Counted from the first letter of the stretch, positions 26,149 through 41,789 are shown. The stretch is 64,000 nucleotides of DNA from Guillardia theta CCMP2712 (GCF_000315625.1 NW_005434583.1:258776-322775); one strand, 5' to 3'. The notes: generated by a model not told the origin, from the sequence alone. Translations and numbers: made by a program.

Positions 26149-26249
26149 ACGGCAGAGACTTGAGCGAGGCCGTCCGACTCGGGTGGAGGTGAAAGGCGAG
26201 CAGTGGGGTAATGGTGGGGAGGTGGTCAGAGCTAGTCGCCCCTCATAGT

Positions 26250-28613
26250 TTACATGTTCTGTCCCGAGAGGATCGAGTCCAACTTGCGGTGAACTACAGA
26301 CTGTGACTCCGACAGCACCTGCGTCCCTCCAGTGTGACCTTGAGATACTTGTACAGGGGGTGAGGGGAGAGGAGTGTATGGAAGGGCACGGGCAAGGGGT
26401 CAGGGAATAGAAGCTGTGAAAGGAGGGAGGAAGGAGAAGGGAAGGAGTGGGGTTGGGGCGGGGGGTGTTGACCTTGATCTGCTTGTAGAGCTCTCGGACC
26501 ATGTCGTTCACCTCTGGCTCAGGCATGGGGGGGTCCTGCTCTCTTGTGCAGTAGGAGTATCTCTTGAAGATAAAGGCAACGTCCTCCCTGCCGCCAGTCG
26601 TCAGCTAGAATTCAGCTGTCCAGTCAGCTACAAGTCGACCAACCTGGTCACGTTGTGCGGGCGGAGAAGCTCGTACAGCTGCTGCTGAGTCACTTCAGTC
26701 TCTTCCGTGAAGTCGGTAGTCTCCAGCCACTCTCGCAGCTGCCCGGCATCGGGCCCGTCATATCGATAAGTTTCCTCCGGGTCCACGAAGGAGCGGAAGA
26801 AGCTCAAGGCACGAGCGAAGCCGTAGAGGATCTGATGGACGATGTCGACGTGGCGGGTGCGGTTGGCCATGTAGACCTGATAGCTCTCCATGATGATGCC
26901 GACGACCAACTGAAGGACGATGAAGACGTAGAAGACGACGAAGGGGATGTAGAGGATGGGGGCTCCTGTGGGGTTCACTGCATGGAGGTCCGAGTACTTG
27001 ATTCCCTCTCCCAGCAACGTGGCGAAGAGAGTGAAGTAAGAGGAATTGAAGGTGGCAAACTCGAGGAGCGCGTGTCCGAAGAGGAGGTAACCGACGTATG
27101 CGAAGCCCACGTTGCAGACGCAGACGAGGATGATGTACTGCAGGAGATAGACCTTCATCACCAGAAACGTCTCGATCAGACCAGCCGTCATCGTACTCAT
27201 TGCCATGTACTTCAAGAAGCGCATCAGAGTTAGCAGCACGGTGAACGACTGGACGACGAAGTAGTTGTTGCTGTTGTATGCCGCAGGCATCAAGCTGAGC
27301 GTTGTGTTGTGCATTTGAAGCATGTCGAGGCTGACGTCCCTCCGAGCGCCCTCAATGATGGGGCCAAGTTGCACTTTGATGTCTCGTCGCACCGGGTCGG
27401 CAATGACGATCATCCAAAGGACGAAGTCCATGAAGAAGAAAGTGAATTGCAGGATGTCGATAATGATCCAGAAGCTGCCGAGGAACTGAGTGTAAACCTT
27501 CCCCGCAGCTCGATGGATCAGAAAATCCTTTACGTCTCCCACGACGTACATGATAATCCCCATCATCACAAGAATCTCGAGCACGATCTGAACGTAGTCG
27601 CGATTCTTGTTCATGTAAACTTCCGATCTCATACTTGAAATTTCGATCTTCGGCTTGACCCTTCCGAAAGTTGTAAACTCAACGATGAGCTCGATCTGAG
27701 CAAACATGTTCACCGACGGATTGAACGTCGCAAAGTCCAGGCGCCACCACTGCGTTGCCTCATCGATCCAGCGATCAGCCTTGAGCGAACGCAACTGAGT
27801 CAAAGTGTCGTTGTAGTTGAAGGGGAGTTTGATGACGAATCCGTTGTCTTCTCCTTGACTGGGAAAAGTAGTGTAGCGATACTTCTGATCATTGTAGTAT
27901 GGCCCAAAGGGTTGCCTCGATTCCACTCCTCCTGCCTCAAGCGAGGGGTAGCAGTAAGGGAAGAATGGGACATACTTGGCTGTCGGAGAACACTTGTTGA
28001 GGGCTGCTCGTCGTTGAGTCAGCCGAAGACCGTTGGCGATGCGATTGTGATCCAGCAAAGCACTCTTGTAGAAGTCTATCTTGGCCTCCCCATTGCTCCA
28101 GAACAAGTCGTAGTAGAGGGGAACAAACTTTCGCTCCAGCCATGTCCACAGCTCGTCGGTGGTTCTGATGTCTTCAAAGCGGAATTGGCCTCGAGTAGAG
28201 TCCATCAGGGGAGAGTTGAAGTAATCCTTGAACGTCACATTGATGTTGCAGGCGTCCTTACCATTCTTCTGATGGTACAGGGCGATGAGGTAGATCGTAA
28301 CGAAGAAGAGATATCTCAAGAAGGACATGGATAGAACAGTCCTGCTCCTCTTCACGTCTATCTCTTCCCACAACCTTCGAAGCGATAGGATCTTTCCCTC
28401 AGCTGTGGTGTAACTTCCCCTCCTCCCCATCATCTTCTCAGTCTTGCGGCTGATCAGCTGATTGTTGGCCGCTGAGTCTGGCTGGCCGTTGCCAGGGAAG
28501 GGCTGCAGCATGGGAGCAGAGAAGTGGGAGGAGATGACGAGCTGGGAGGAGGAGGAGGGCGGCTGCTCCTCCCCCTTCCCGTTCAGCTTCTTCGCCCCAT
28601 CGATCGCCGACAT
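26250..28613 (-). CDS. Polycystin-2/TRPP-like cation channel
   Basis: 661-codon exon with a TOP domain (GLRLTQRR, C..C, LKADRWIDEATQ, FNPSVNMF), six TM helices and pore region GYLLFGHALLEFATFNSSYFTLFATLLG. 3' exons approximate. Confidence 0.88.
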
Positions 28614-28762
28614 ACCAAGCGGCGCCCTGGCTCCAACAGTCAGGGGGGTGGGGGTGATCCAAGAGGGGTCATCTTGACTTACGAATGGGGGGTGGATTCG
28701 GACATGCGGTTGGAAGTGTAGATTTTAGGGAGGGTGGGTAAGTCACAGAGGGGAAAAAAAAG

Positions 28763-28789
28763 GTCAAACACTCCTGAGGAGTGTTTGAC
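28763..28789. promoter_or_regulatory. Perfect 13-bp inverted repeat ~150 bp upstream of the PKD2-like start
   Basis: GTCAAACACTCCT-G-AGGAGTGTTTGAC. Function inferred only from position. Confidence 0.4.
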
Positions 28790-29049
28790 GGGCCGACATC
28801 CTGCCGCAGTGCAGATACAAATAAGTGGGGTAGTAGGCGTCTGTAGCATTTTGTTTGTATGTCAGTGAGTACCCTTTACTGATCTGTAAGTAAAAGGGGG
28901 GTTAATATCAGGTGGAGCAAGAGAGCGATCGTATGTAAGAACAGACCGTTTGCTTGATCATTGTTTTGATAGGAATAGTGGAACAATTTCATGCCGCGAG
29001 GAAATCGTCGAAGACATTCAGAAAGGGTTGGGAGCGTTTAATCCTCTAC

Positions 29050-31309
29050 TCACTCCCATGGCCAACCAGTACAGACCTGAGCGTCTTCTGGAGCAAAAAA
29101 TCTCGACGTATTCTTGAACAATGATCAGGTCGAGAGATGCCAATCTCTTGATCAAACCTGCATGACGTCGGTTCTCGGAACGCTCTGGTACACTTCACCC
29201 CAGCAGATGACTCGTCCGGAAACTCTGCGCAGGAGCGATGAGACTTGAAGATCCGTCAGCTGCTCCTCACCTTTCAGCACCGCATGCAGCGTTGAAACCA
29301 ACATGAACGAACTGCAAAATTCAGAGGGAGACACGGAGGGAAGGGTATCATGTGTCACCAGGAGAGGACCTGTAGGAGCTAATTGGACCGTCGCGTTGGT
29401 CATGCAGGAGGTGTCAATCTTCTGAAGCATCTTCTCACATATGAAAGTCCAGCCCCCACATCCCCCTTGTACACATTCAGCACTTTGTAACGGGGCACTG
29501 CCTCCTGCAGCTGGTTGCGAGGTAGAGTACAGACGGGCTGCGAAAGCATCAAAGGATGACAGGGACGAGGGCCAGGCCTTGTCCGACCTGATCCTTTGCC
29601 GAAGCAAGTCAGCCTTCCAACTGCGTTGATGACGCAGGTGTGTCCCGACCCGCATGAAAGCGACTCGGTGATGGAATCTTGACGAACCTGATTCGATCAG
29701 GAGTCAGAAAGAATCCATGGGACCGAAGCTCTCATCTGTAAACCTCCTTCAACTTGCTTTCGTCCAGCATCTCCTCGCTTCCCCAGCAGACTGGCTGTCC
29801 TTGCTGATCAATAGCGCAAGTGTGCGCGTGTCCGGCCGCTGTGATGACTTTTAACAACAGTCAAGGCTTTGACTGGTACTTACAAATACCGTAGAATCCA
29901 AGTCCCGTCGGAGAATCAAGCCTTCCTTCTGCTGGGTTTCCCCAGCAAAGAATCTGAGCAGCATTAGGGTCCATGGGACGAGAGCCAAGCAACATACTCG
30001 TCCAAGAGCGTTCAAAGCGCAAGTATGAGAGAATCCGCAGCTGATCTCCTTTACCGACAACCCTTGAGGCACTCCCAGCTGACCCGAAGCGTTCCAACCC
30101 CAACAAGCAACTTGTCCAGACGGCATGCCGAAACTTCGGTCCGCGCGATCCTGACCGGATGTGTAGATGGCACATGCGTGGGCTCCACCAATAGAAATGT
30201 AGGACACATGCTCTAGCTTAGGAGGATTGCTCTTCCCGAAAACATTGTTACCCCAACACCTGTTTTGCAGATGTCAAACTCTCTACCCCCTTGCAGCGAG
30301 ACTTTCAACCTGATTTCCCTGCTTGCCTGTTGTCCAACCCGAACATTGCTCAAGATTTCGCTTACGATCACGCAAGTTTGCCCATCTCCAGTTGCAACCT
30401 GACTTGTTTCACAATTGATTGCAGCAAATCATATCATCTACCTGCCAGATCCTTGCGTTGTCCAAGTATGCAGGAGCTTGACTCTGCTGGTAATCGTTTC
30501 CTCCCCAACACCGTAGCTTTCCTTCTCGTCCAAGAAGGCAGGTGTGCGAATTGGACACTGAAATCTGTCCACTTGCAGAACGACGTAGCTGGAGTACTTG
30601 TCACAAGGACCATGAAGCATCGAGCTCTCTTCTTACCACCCTCCGTTGTTGGCTTTCAAATCTTTGCAGCTCCAGTAATTGTCTCTTCAAGTTGTCTACA
30701 AGCTCCGTGGTGCTTCGTAGCTTTCTTGTCTCGAAATCGAGCCTGTTGCATGCACATGATCTCAGCGCTCTAATGGCTTTAAGTTGTTTCACCTCTCGTA
30801 ATTTTGCACTTTCAACAGGTTGAGCTGCTCTGCCAGTACAAGTCAGGCAGTGTTGAGATTCTAGGACATGACAATTACTCGCCATTCAATGATTGCAGCA
30901 AGGCATCGACAGGACCTAGGTCGCTTCCTTGCACTGACAGCAAGTATCTCTGCCTGTCTGCCTCTGTGATACTATTTTTGATTTCGCTCTCGGCCTGAGG
31001 TCGGCATCATCCCAGCATAGGTGATGGCGCAGGAGACCTGGGCCATGGCGCGACTGAGATTGACATAGCGGGTGTTCTCCTCCTCGAATCTCTGTCCATA
31101 GTCTTGTAGAATCTTCTGAGTTTGTGACAGATTGACCTGCATTGCAGTGACACTGGGGACTCGTCAAACAGTCACACTGTGACGCCTACTTGCAGAGCCT
31201 TCATCATGGACAACTCCACTTCGATGCACCCACATGCCTGCTGCGACGACCCTTGTCCTCCTGACAGCATCAGCAGCATCCAGACTAACAGTCGCGTACG
31301 CATGATCAT
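29050..31309 (-). CDS. Signal-peptide protein with a coiled coil and RCC1/BLIP-II repeats
   Basis: Leader MIMRTRLLVWMLLMLSGGQG. Repeats ISIGGAHACAI, VACWGWNASGQL, ISCGFSHTCAL, AAGHAHTCAI..VCWG and GRVICWG. Confidence 0.75.
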
Positions 31310-31756
31310 GATGTCCTATAGGCATGCCCTCATGATCACTTACGGCTGTCCGAAGCCTGTCTGTTAGCCTAGTCAATCCTCGTACTGATTTTTAACTTAA
31401 CTTTGAGTAAAGGAACTCTCAGGCTAGGCCACCAGCTAGCGACTTTTACATTTTACGGGAGTCTTATAAAACAATTTTTGAAAGCCCCGGACGCACAAGA
31501 CGCCTAGAAAATAAAACAATTTACACTATGAAATGTATAATTTCAATAAATTTATGAGTTATAAATATCAAATATGGTACAATGCCAAAATGTAGATAGT
31601 AAAGGAATTCCTTTACATACTTCTTTATAAAAGGAATATTCAATCAAGCAGGTCCTAGGTCTGGTCATAGGAGTTCTTAGGTCTTCTCTTAGTCCGAGCA
31701 GTGTCCTAGAAAGTATATCAGCTACTACCACCTCCTACCACCGAGAAAGCCTCGCA

Positions 31757-34388
<2,632 letters not shown>

Positions 34389-34819
34389 GCATAAGATTGA
34401 TGGATAACCACATGGTTCCAAGGCTCCCAGAGTGACTTTGGAGGTTGTGATATATTAACTTTCGAAGTGTTCGATCTCGAGTCAGCCTACAGTGCCTGGT
34501 TTATGATGGAATGATAGTAAACTCTTCGTAGTGAAACTTATGATGGAACGTATGCCAGCCGTGCCAGTCAGATAGCGCCGAGTTAACAAAAACTCTCCTG
34601 TAAACCAAAACGTCTTACGTGGCGAGGCGGCATGTAGTACATGGGATGAAGAGGGGACTTTCCTAGCCGTCTTGTTAAGGTCCTCTCATGTCTGGATGCT
34701 TGGGTTTCACATCCTAGCATACAGTCTATCTCTCATGTGCTCCTCAATTCTGTTTTTGTGTGCATTAAACTCGGTCTTGAGCAAAAACTGTCTTGTTACA
34801 ACTGAGGTCGATGTGATGT

Positions 34820-35045
34820 CTGCGTGACTTTTCTGAGGTCGACTGACATACTAGCGTAGTCAGTGACTCGAAACGATATGCCTGACTCCGAGTCACAGGT
34901 TGGCCGGGCCTGAGTCCGGGTCACCCGTGCCACACCGGACCGTCGGACCCGGGACTCGTCACTGAGGGTTGGACCTTTTTTGACCGGCCCGGCCCGGGCG
35001 GTGCGGCGGCCGGGCGGCTCAGGCCCGGCCGGGTTGGCCTCATCC
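34820..35045. repeat. Intergenic GC-rich palindromic-word island 3
   Basis: TGACTC-C-GAGTCA hairpin (34883-34895) and ccggcccggcccggg runs. Confidence 0.6.
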
Positions 35046-35383
35046 ATCCTCAGACCCAGTTACTAAATTGTGTGTGCGCCGGAAATAGATCATCAAGCAT
35101 CAGCGGCTTCCTGTTGCTCCACCGCAGCAGCAGCAGCTTGGTCAGCTCAGCGTCTCTCCCTCTCCCTCTCCCTCCCTCCCTCCCTCCCTCTTCATCTTCT
35201 CTGTACTTCCTTCCTATCACCCTCATCCAATCCTTCAGGGCCTGCTTTCCTCGTTCCAACTGGTTGCCACTCGTTCTGTGAGCATGATTTCCTTTCTCAC
35301 GGATTGATCCTGTCCTATACCTGTTTCCAACTACAAAGCCTAGACATTTTAAGCTTTCAGACACAGAAAACCCTGCACCAAGG

Positions 35384-36784
35384 ATGTCAGACTGTGCAGA
35401 AAGAGCCACTAATGTACCCTCAGTCACTCATGTTGATCCGTTGAAAAGACGAAGAAGACTATTTGCGATCTCTCTTGCATTCTTTGCATGTTTATTTTCT
35501 GTATTGCTTGCTTGGATGGATAACAGCAGACAAGGAGCAAAAAGTATTGAAATGGGTCAAGAGTTAAATGGAATGTCAGCTTCTGAAAAGGAAGTGGGTC
35601 ATGTTACAAATCATGTACTTCAAAATCTGTTGGCGATGGTAGAGGAAGAGTCAGGTCATCGAGATGCAAGTCCAGTAGAACTTGCAGAGACTCAAACTAC
35701 TGGAGCAAAGAAGCCTTGCGGGAAAGAGGTAAGCAGTGCAGTTGTGTTGTTGTGTATGGCAAGGCTAATGCGGATGTAGTGTTTGGCACGAAAAAAGATC
35801 ATTGCGGCTAAAATGAAGGCTCTGAGGGATGAGATCAATCATGATTTCAAGGCTATGACAGGTGAGCTTAAGTTTCATCATGTTCGTGTGCTCAATGTGA
35901 ATGGTGCAGACTTCGGGCACAAAGCGGGTTATCTTCCTCCTCCACAGTCCATCAAGCAGCAAGTGATGCAAGGCACTCTGCTTGGAGGCGGAAAGAGCGA
36001 TACGGGGGCGAATGCTGTTGCTCCTCCTCCATTTGATCCTTCTAAAGTGTTAAGCTCCAAGTCGAGATCGGGTTCGGATTCAGGAAGCTCTAAAACAAGT
36101 CTTGTTAGCAAGTCAGATAGTGCTACATCATCGCTCCCTTCTTCAGATTCTCAGTCGACAGGTGAAAATGCCGTGTTATCCTCTTTGCTATTACGATGCT
36201 CATCTTCTCCCTGCAGTGGATCCGCCCCCACCTGTTCCTGACTCATCGGGGTCGAGTGCGATTTCGTCGGATGACTCTGGCACGTCGTCATTGGACTCTT
36301 CTCTGAATGTGGACGATTCCAGCCTTTCCCAAAGTAGCAGTGACTCCTCACTCTCGGATATGCATGCCGACCGTGGAAATTCTCATTCATCTCATTCTTC
36401 CGGAGACTCTGCGTGGGCAAAAGCGTTTTCTTTCATCAAGAAGACTGACAATCCCGTCGTTGGCTCGAGCAACTCGCGCACACAAGTGCACAACCACCAT
36501 TCCAAGGTTGTATGTCTCTCTCTTTTATTTGTACAAGTTTGACTGTGAGTAGGACAAGGACCCGCTTGCAGCGGCTGAGAATGACAAGTTTCTCCGTGGC
36601 TTCGAAGATCCAAGAACCACAGGACTCTCTTCTACCAAACGTGAACCTCCTTGTTGTTGCGTGGGACACTCATTGTTTGACAGACGGGAAGCATGATAGT
36701 CTTTTTGATCCTACATCTCCTCTGAAGAAGGTCCCCTGCATGTTTGTTGATAAGCTTTCTTTGACTCTGATATCAGGGAAGTGA
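35384..36784 (+). CDS. Hypothetical type II membrane protein with a Ser-rich region
   Basis: KRRRR followed by one TM (LFAISLAFFACLFSVLLAW), a coiled coil and Ser/Asp-rich exons joined by short introns. Confidence 0.55.
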
Positions 36785-37205
36785 CCCTTTGAAATCAGCG
36801 GAAAGTGACAAGTTTCTACGGGGATTTCTTGGTGCCTAATGATCGACGTCATTTCTCTAAATAAACATCAATGCTATGCATCCCATTGTTCGTTGGATTC
36901 CTCGTTAGTGTATCACTGAAACCATAGGAGCACAGCTCCTCACAGTTGAGGTCAACCATATGGGCCATTGAAGCACTGATTTCCTTTCCTGTGCTTCCAC
37001 CAGTGCAGAACGAACACAGCACGGTAAATATATCACACTTCTCCATTGACACTTACACAGTATACGCCTGTGTAACTTCTCATCACTCAGATCAGTTTCA
37101 AACAGGCGTGGGATTCAAAGCCATTTTTTGGAGGTAAAGAATCATATTTTCATTGAAATTTCACAAGACCACATGGCGCACTGCCTTTGTAACTAAATAT
37201 CACGT

Positions 37206-38310
37206 TTATGGGCCGAAGTAAGCCTCAGGGAAGCCGGGGATGGGCTTGAAGTTTCCGAGCTGCTCAAAAACTCCCTGCTTGGTGATGAAGTACTGGTGGG
37301 CAAATCTGATGAAAGAAATCAGATAAAAAAAAACCCTAGCTCTTATCTCACCCTCCGAATGCAATCATAGCAAGGCGTCCGTGCTTGATCTCAGCGAGCT
37401 GGTACTTCTCCAAGTTGGCCTCGTTCTTGCCCTGTTGCACATCAGCCACGAGAGAACTTGTTTCAGGATGAAGCTCACCGCGGAAAGGCCGAGAGGATCA
37501 AAGGAGAAGTCACCAGGGTAGCGAGTTCCCTGGATGGTCTGGAAGAGAGCGATTCCGCCGAAGATCTCGAGGAAGGAGGTCCACAAGAGGATCTGAGACA
37601 TGCCACCGGACTTGACGAGAAGGTCGTGGGCCTCGATGGGGGAAACCTGCAAGATGTGAGCTCATCTCGCGCGCTGTGCCAGTGAAGCAGACCTTGTCAA
37701 AGAAGGGGAAGGTGTAGGACTCCTGGACGAGCCATCCGAGAACGGCAAGCATGGCAATGCGACCGTGCTTGAGCTCAGCCTCTCTCAACACCTTGACATC
37801 GAACACTTCGGAGAAGCCAAGGGGATCAAATCCAACATCTCCGGGGAGGGATCCGTCAAGGTTGGTCGGCTGCTTCAAGAAAGGAACGGACTCAGAGAAA
37901 GATCCCTCGAAGACAGCCATGCGAGGTCCACGCGAGATAGCTGAAGACGATAAAGTCAGATTCACGTCACAAAAATAGGATCGTGTTTTCACAGACAAAG
38001 ATATCTTCACAGATGAACTGAAAACAATGATATCACACTGGAACATCTTCGAATTGACATTTCATTCGCACAAGTAGATGTCCTTGGTAGAATTCCTGCC
38101 TCTCACCCCCATGAACGTCCCCCCATGCCCACCACATCCTCCTGTGGTGGTTTCCACAAAATTCTCCAGACACAATTCTTTGAGAGCAGGTTTTCTCAAT
38201 CATTTCTCACCAGCACGAGACGCGGCGGGGGCGGAGAGCCTTCCCGCAGGCGCGGGGGCGAACGCAGCAGCGCTGGCGGCAGCGGCGAGGAGGCTGATCG
38301 CTCTGAGCAT
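37206..38310 (-). CDS. Light-harvesting chlorophyll a/c-binding (LHC) protein, plastid-targeted
   Basis: [19 protein letters not shown] leader, [35 protein letters not shown] and EIKHGRLAM. Confidence 0.96.
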
Positions 38311-38339
38311 GACCTGACGCGATTCGCCGCTCCCCTCCT

Positions 38340-38850
38340 TCTTATAACCCTCGCTACCACCCCCTCGTTCCCCTACCCCTTCTTGATCCTGACCCCCTAC
38401 CCGCCGTGTTGACTGGATACTACCCCCTCAAATCCCATCCAACCTCCCGAGAAATATAAAACCACTACCACCCACCTCGCTACAAAGCCATCTCACTCCC
38501 ACTACCCCTTCTTGAAGAAAAATCCAAGTACCCACCCCATTTCAGAACCCCTCTACCCCCCAATGCATCACAAGAGTGTTATCAAATGACAGGTAGTGCT
38601 TCTCGGGACCCCCCCCTTCTCTAGCTCCACCTGTGGTTTTCCCTTCTTAACTACCCCTCCTTCACGGTACCGACCCTCGGGACCCTCAGGACTTTAAAAA
38701 AAATACCCCACTGATTAAAGACACGAGGGTCGGGACCCCATGGGTCTTTGCTCATCCTACCTCATACACCCGTACTTTGATAATTGTAAAAGGGGGTAGT
38801 CATAGTGAATCTTCCTTGACCACCCAACACAATACTACCCACCCTCAGAA
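38340..38850 (-). other. G-skewed (minus strand) GGGGTA/GGGTGG tract upstream of the LHC gene
   Basis: Many tacccc/cacccc words on the plus strand. Confidence 0.55.
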
Positions 38851-39139
38851 CTTGATTCCTTTCTCACAAAATATTTTAGATTTGAAGAATAGATTTAGCA
38901 GGAAATAATCATACAAATATATATCTTTGTTTTATTAACTACCAGAAAACTTTATGTCACTCTATTAAATCGAATCAATATTTTCCAAAAGTATTGAGAC
39001 TCTTTTAATTAGTTTTTATTTCTATGGTTGAGGTCAATAAGTATTGTAAGTCTCTGACGATTATAAAAACCCGTCATACCTCTAAACATGCAACCCATTT
39101 ACAGTTACATTCCTCTGCTACGGTTACATCTCAGGCCTT

Positions 39140-39285
39140 GGTGATCTGGCCGCGCGCGGCGCCCGGTTCGCGGCCGCGAGTCTGGCCGGGCTCAAAGACC
39201 GGTCACCGGGGTTGTCGAGTGGTTTACCGGCCCATGCTGGAGCGGTTGCGGCACTGTGACTCTGGGCTGCGAGTGACTGACGTTG
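39140..39285. repeat. Intergenic GC-rich palindromic-word island 4
   Basis: ggccgcgcgcggcgcccgg, accggtcaccgg, gtgactc and gagtgactgac. Confidence 0.55.
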
Positions 39286-39337
39286 CCATACAGACATACT
39301 AGACAGACTGTTGTTTAATAAGAAATTCGAGCAACAT

Positions 39338-41789
39338 TTATTGAGTCCAGGGGAAGCTGTCTCCCATGGGATCATCCATCACAAGACGCCTACCTTCTCC
39401 TGTGATCAACCTCCCCTCAGTGTCAAACAGGGCGAGTTTAGGAATCCCCTCCACCCCGATCGCCGACGAAAGCGTGCTTCTGGCATTGCCATCTTGGAAA
39501 TCCACAGCGAACCAAGGCATCTGACCAAAATAAGAATCGAAGGCCTCTTGGCTACGGTCAGCTGATACGAAGACGATTTCGAAAGGTTTTCCGTCGGCTA
39601 TCTTGAGTTTGCTGTACATCTGGATCAGCTGAGGGGTGAAGGCCTTGCATGGCTGACACCAACTGGCACTGAAGTAGATCCCAACGTACTTATCCTTCAG
39701 GTTAGACGCATCAAAAGTGGTGTTTCCCGGCCCAACAAGTCGAGCGTCCTTCAGGATCTCGTGCAAGGTCATGCCCTGTTCAGTTTCTCCTGATTGGAGC
39801 TTGGGAGCTCCACCTCCAGCCGTAATGTTCTGATTCGCCGTCGCATGACTGATGGTAATGGTATTGATTGCAGCTTGCAGGATCCTGATCTGCTGTAGCC
39901 ACACTACCAATGAATCTTCATCGCCCGCCTTGGCAGCTGAGTCCACGTAGGAATGCATGAACCTTGAATAGAGCTGTACATGAGGCACGGGACCCAGGCT
40001 GGACTCTTCCTCTCCAGGAATTTTCGCCATGGCTTCCTCCTTGGAAATGATGCTTCCTTCAGCCGCAAGGTCAATAAAGATTGGTTCGGTTTGAGCAGTC
40101 TCTCCCTCTGCCACTGGAGTATCGTATCTCACGAGGAAGTCCACTGGACCTCGCATGCGCGAAGTGCAGTTCATCACCCGAAGAGGGTAACCAAGCTCCC
40201 TAGCAACAGCCATGTAGAGGAAACTCAACGCCATTGGAGAACCTTCCTTCGAAGCGAGCACGTGATTGATGAAATCGTGTAGCTCGACACCGTTGGGATC
40301 AATAACACCAGGAATAGTCTTGTACTGTTTGAAGAAATACGCACTCAAAGTCTTCAGCACAACATCAGGAGATTCGTTTCCATTCAAGGTTGCCTGAACA
40401 GTGTCCTTGATCTGGTTGACTGTTACAGGCACAGTCTTCATCTCTTCAGGCTCAATTTTCTCAGAGATCGTAGCAATCACAAGACCGCCCATTTCCACGC
40501 CTTCGTGCTGTATAACAGTTTTGTTTCCGCCATCTTGCAAGATTGCAACCCACTCTTCCAATTTCAGTCTTTCAGCCTCCTCTCTCACAATTGTGTCTCT
40601 AGATATGTTCAGAAACTTTCCTCCAAGGGTGTGCAAAACCTGAAGATGATTTAAATGGCGAATCGCAAATTCGCAACAGCAGACCTGATGCCAGAATACT
40701 TTGTGAAATTTGGCGTAAGACAATCCTTTGTAGTCCCGAGTTTGCAAGACAAGATCTAGAGAAGATCGCAATGGGCACCAACATCCGCTCTGGATCTCGG
40801 CTTCAAGCTTTCAACCAAGTTAGACCGATTTCAGGCAACATGAATGCCTACCTGCCCAGGAGCCCAAGCAACATACTTGAAGAAGAATCGGAAGTCTTTG
40901 GCCTCCGCTTTTCCCTCACTGACGAGTTGCATAGCATGCTCTGAACCACCATAATAGATTCCGTCAGAAACCTCGGTTGCGTTTCTGAGTCCAGGGACTC
41001 CATGGATCCTGCCAAACCAGTGAATCCACTTAGATCTCAAAACGATGACACTGACATGTAAACTCCCTCTCCAATATCGCCACCAAGATACAATGGATTC
41101 TGCTCAAACATCGGCAACTTCTTTGTGACGTCCCCGACGTTATATTGAGTGGGTCTGTTGATGATGAAGCCCGAACTTCCACTTGCTCCATGGCGAACAA
41201 GCAGAACAACCGATTGATCGAGAACCTAGCACAACGTTCATCTTGCAACCAACGGTTTATACATTTGACGGTACCAATCTAGAGCCGGCAAATCTGAAAG
41301 TCTCAGGTGAAGAAACCAGAAGGCAACCGGGTTGTACTTCGTCAATCTCAACAGCCCAGGTGCCGTTCCTCACGTCGTATCCGGCCAAAGCGCCCTTAGT
41401 GTCCTTCCTAACCCTTGAATATTCAGGAGGCACATGCTCATGCAGACAGGTAAGCACACCTTTGCTTCAGGTTGAGCCTCGGTCCGCCCCTGTTCAACCT
41501 GACGTTGGAGAGTACCTGCGTGTTACGGTTTCACCAACCCCGGCAGCTTAGGAGAAATTTCGACCTTGAAGATCTTCTCTCTGAATGGAGCATTTGTTTT
41601 GAGAAGGACAGCAAACCCTCCGGCCGCAACACTCAAAGGAATCAGGGGAACACCGCCACCTCGAAGGTTCAATGTAGTGGGCACCCCTTTCCTTCCATGC
41701 CGAGCAGGTTGCTGCGCCTGGAGTGGAGTGTTGCGAGCGGAGACAGCTGAAAGAAGAGCAGCGAGCAGAAAGCATCTGATAGAGATCAT
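39338..41789 (-). CDS. Signal peptide + DUF179 (AlgH/YqgE) + SirB1/transglutaminase-like core + nucleoredoxin-type thioredoxin fusion protein
   Basis: DUF179: PGCLLVS, DQSVVLLVRHG..SSGFIINRP, PLYLGGD, FRFFFKYVAWAPGQLEAEI. SirB1-like: FINHVLASKEGSPMALSFLYMAVARELG..DFLVR..IFID. Thioredoxin: GIYFSASWCQPC..FEIVFVSAD..GIPKL..FPW. Confidence 0.82.
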
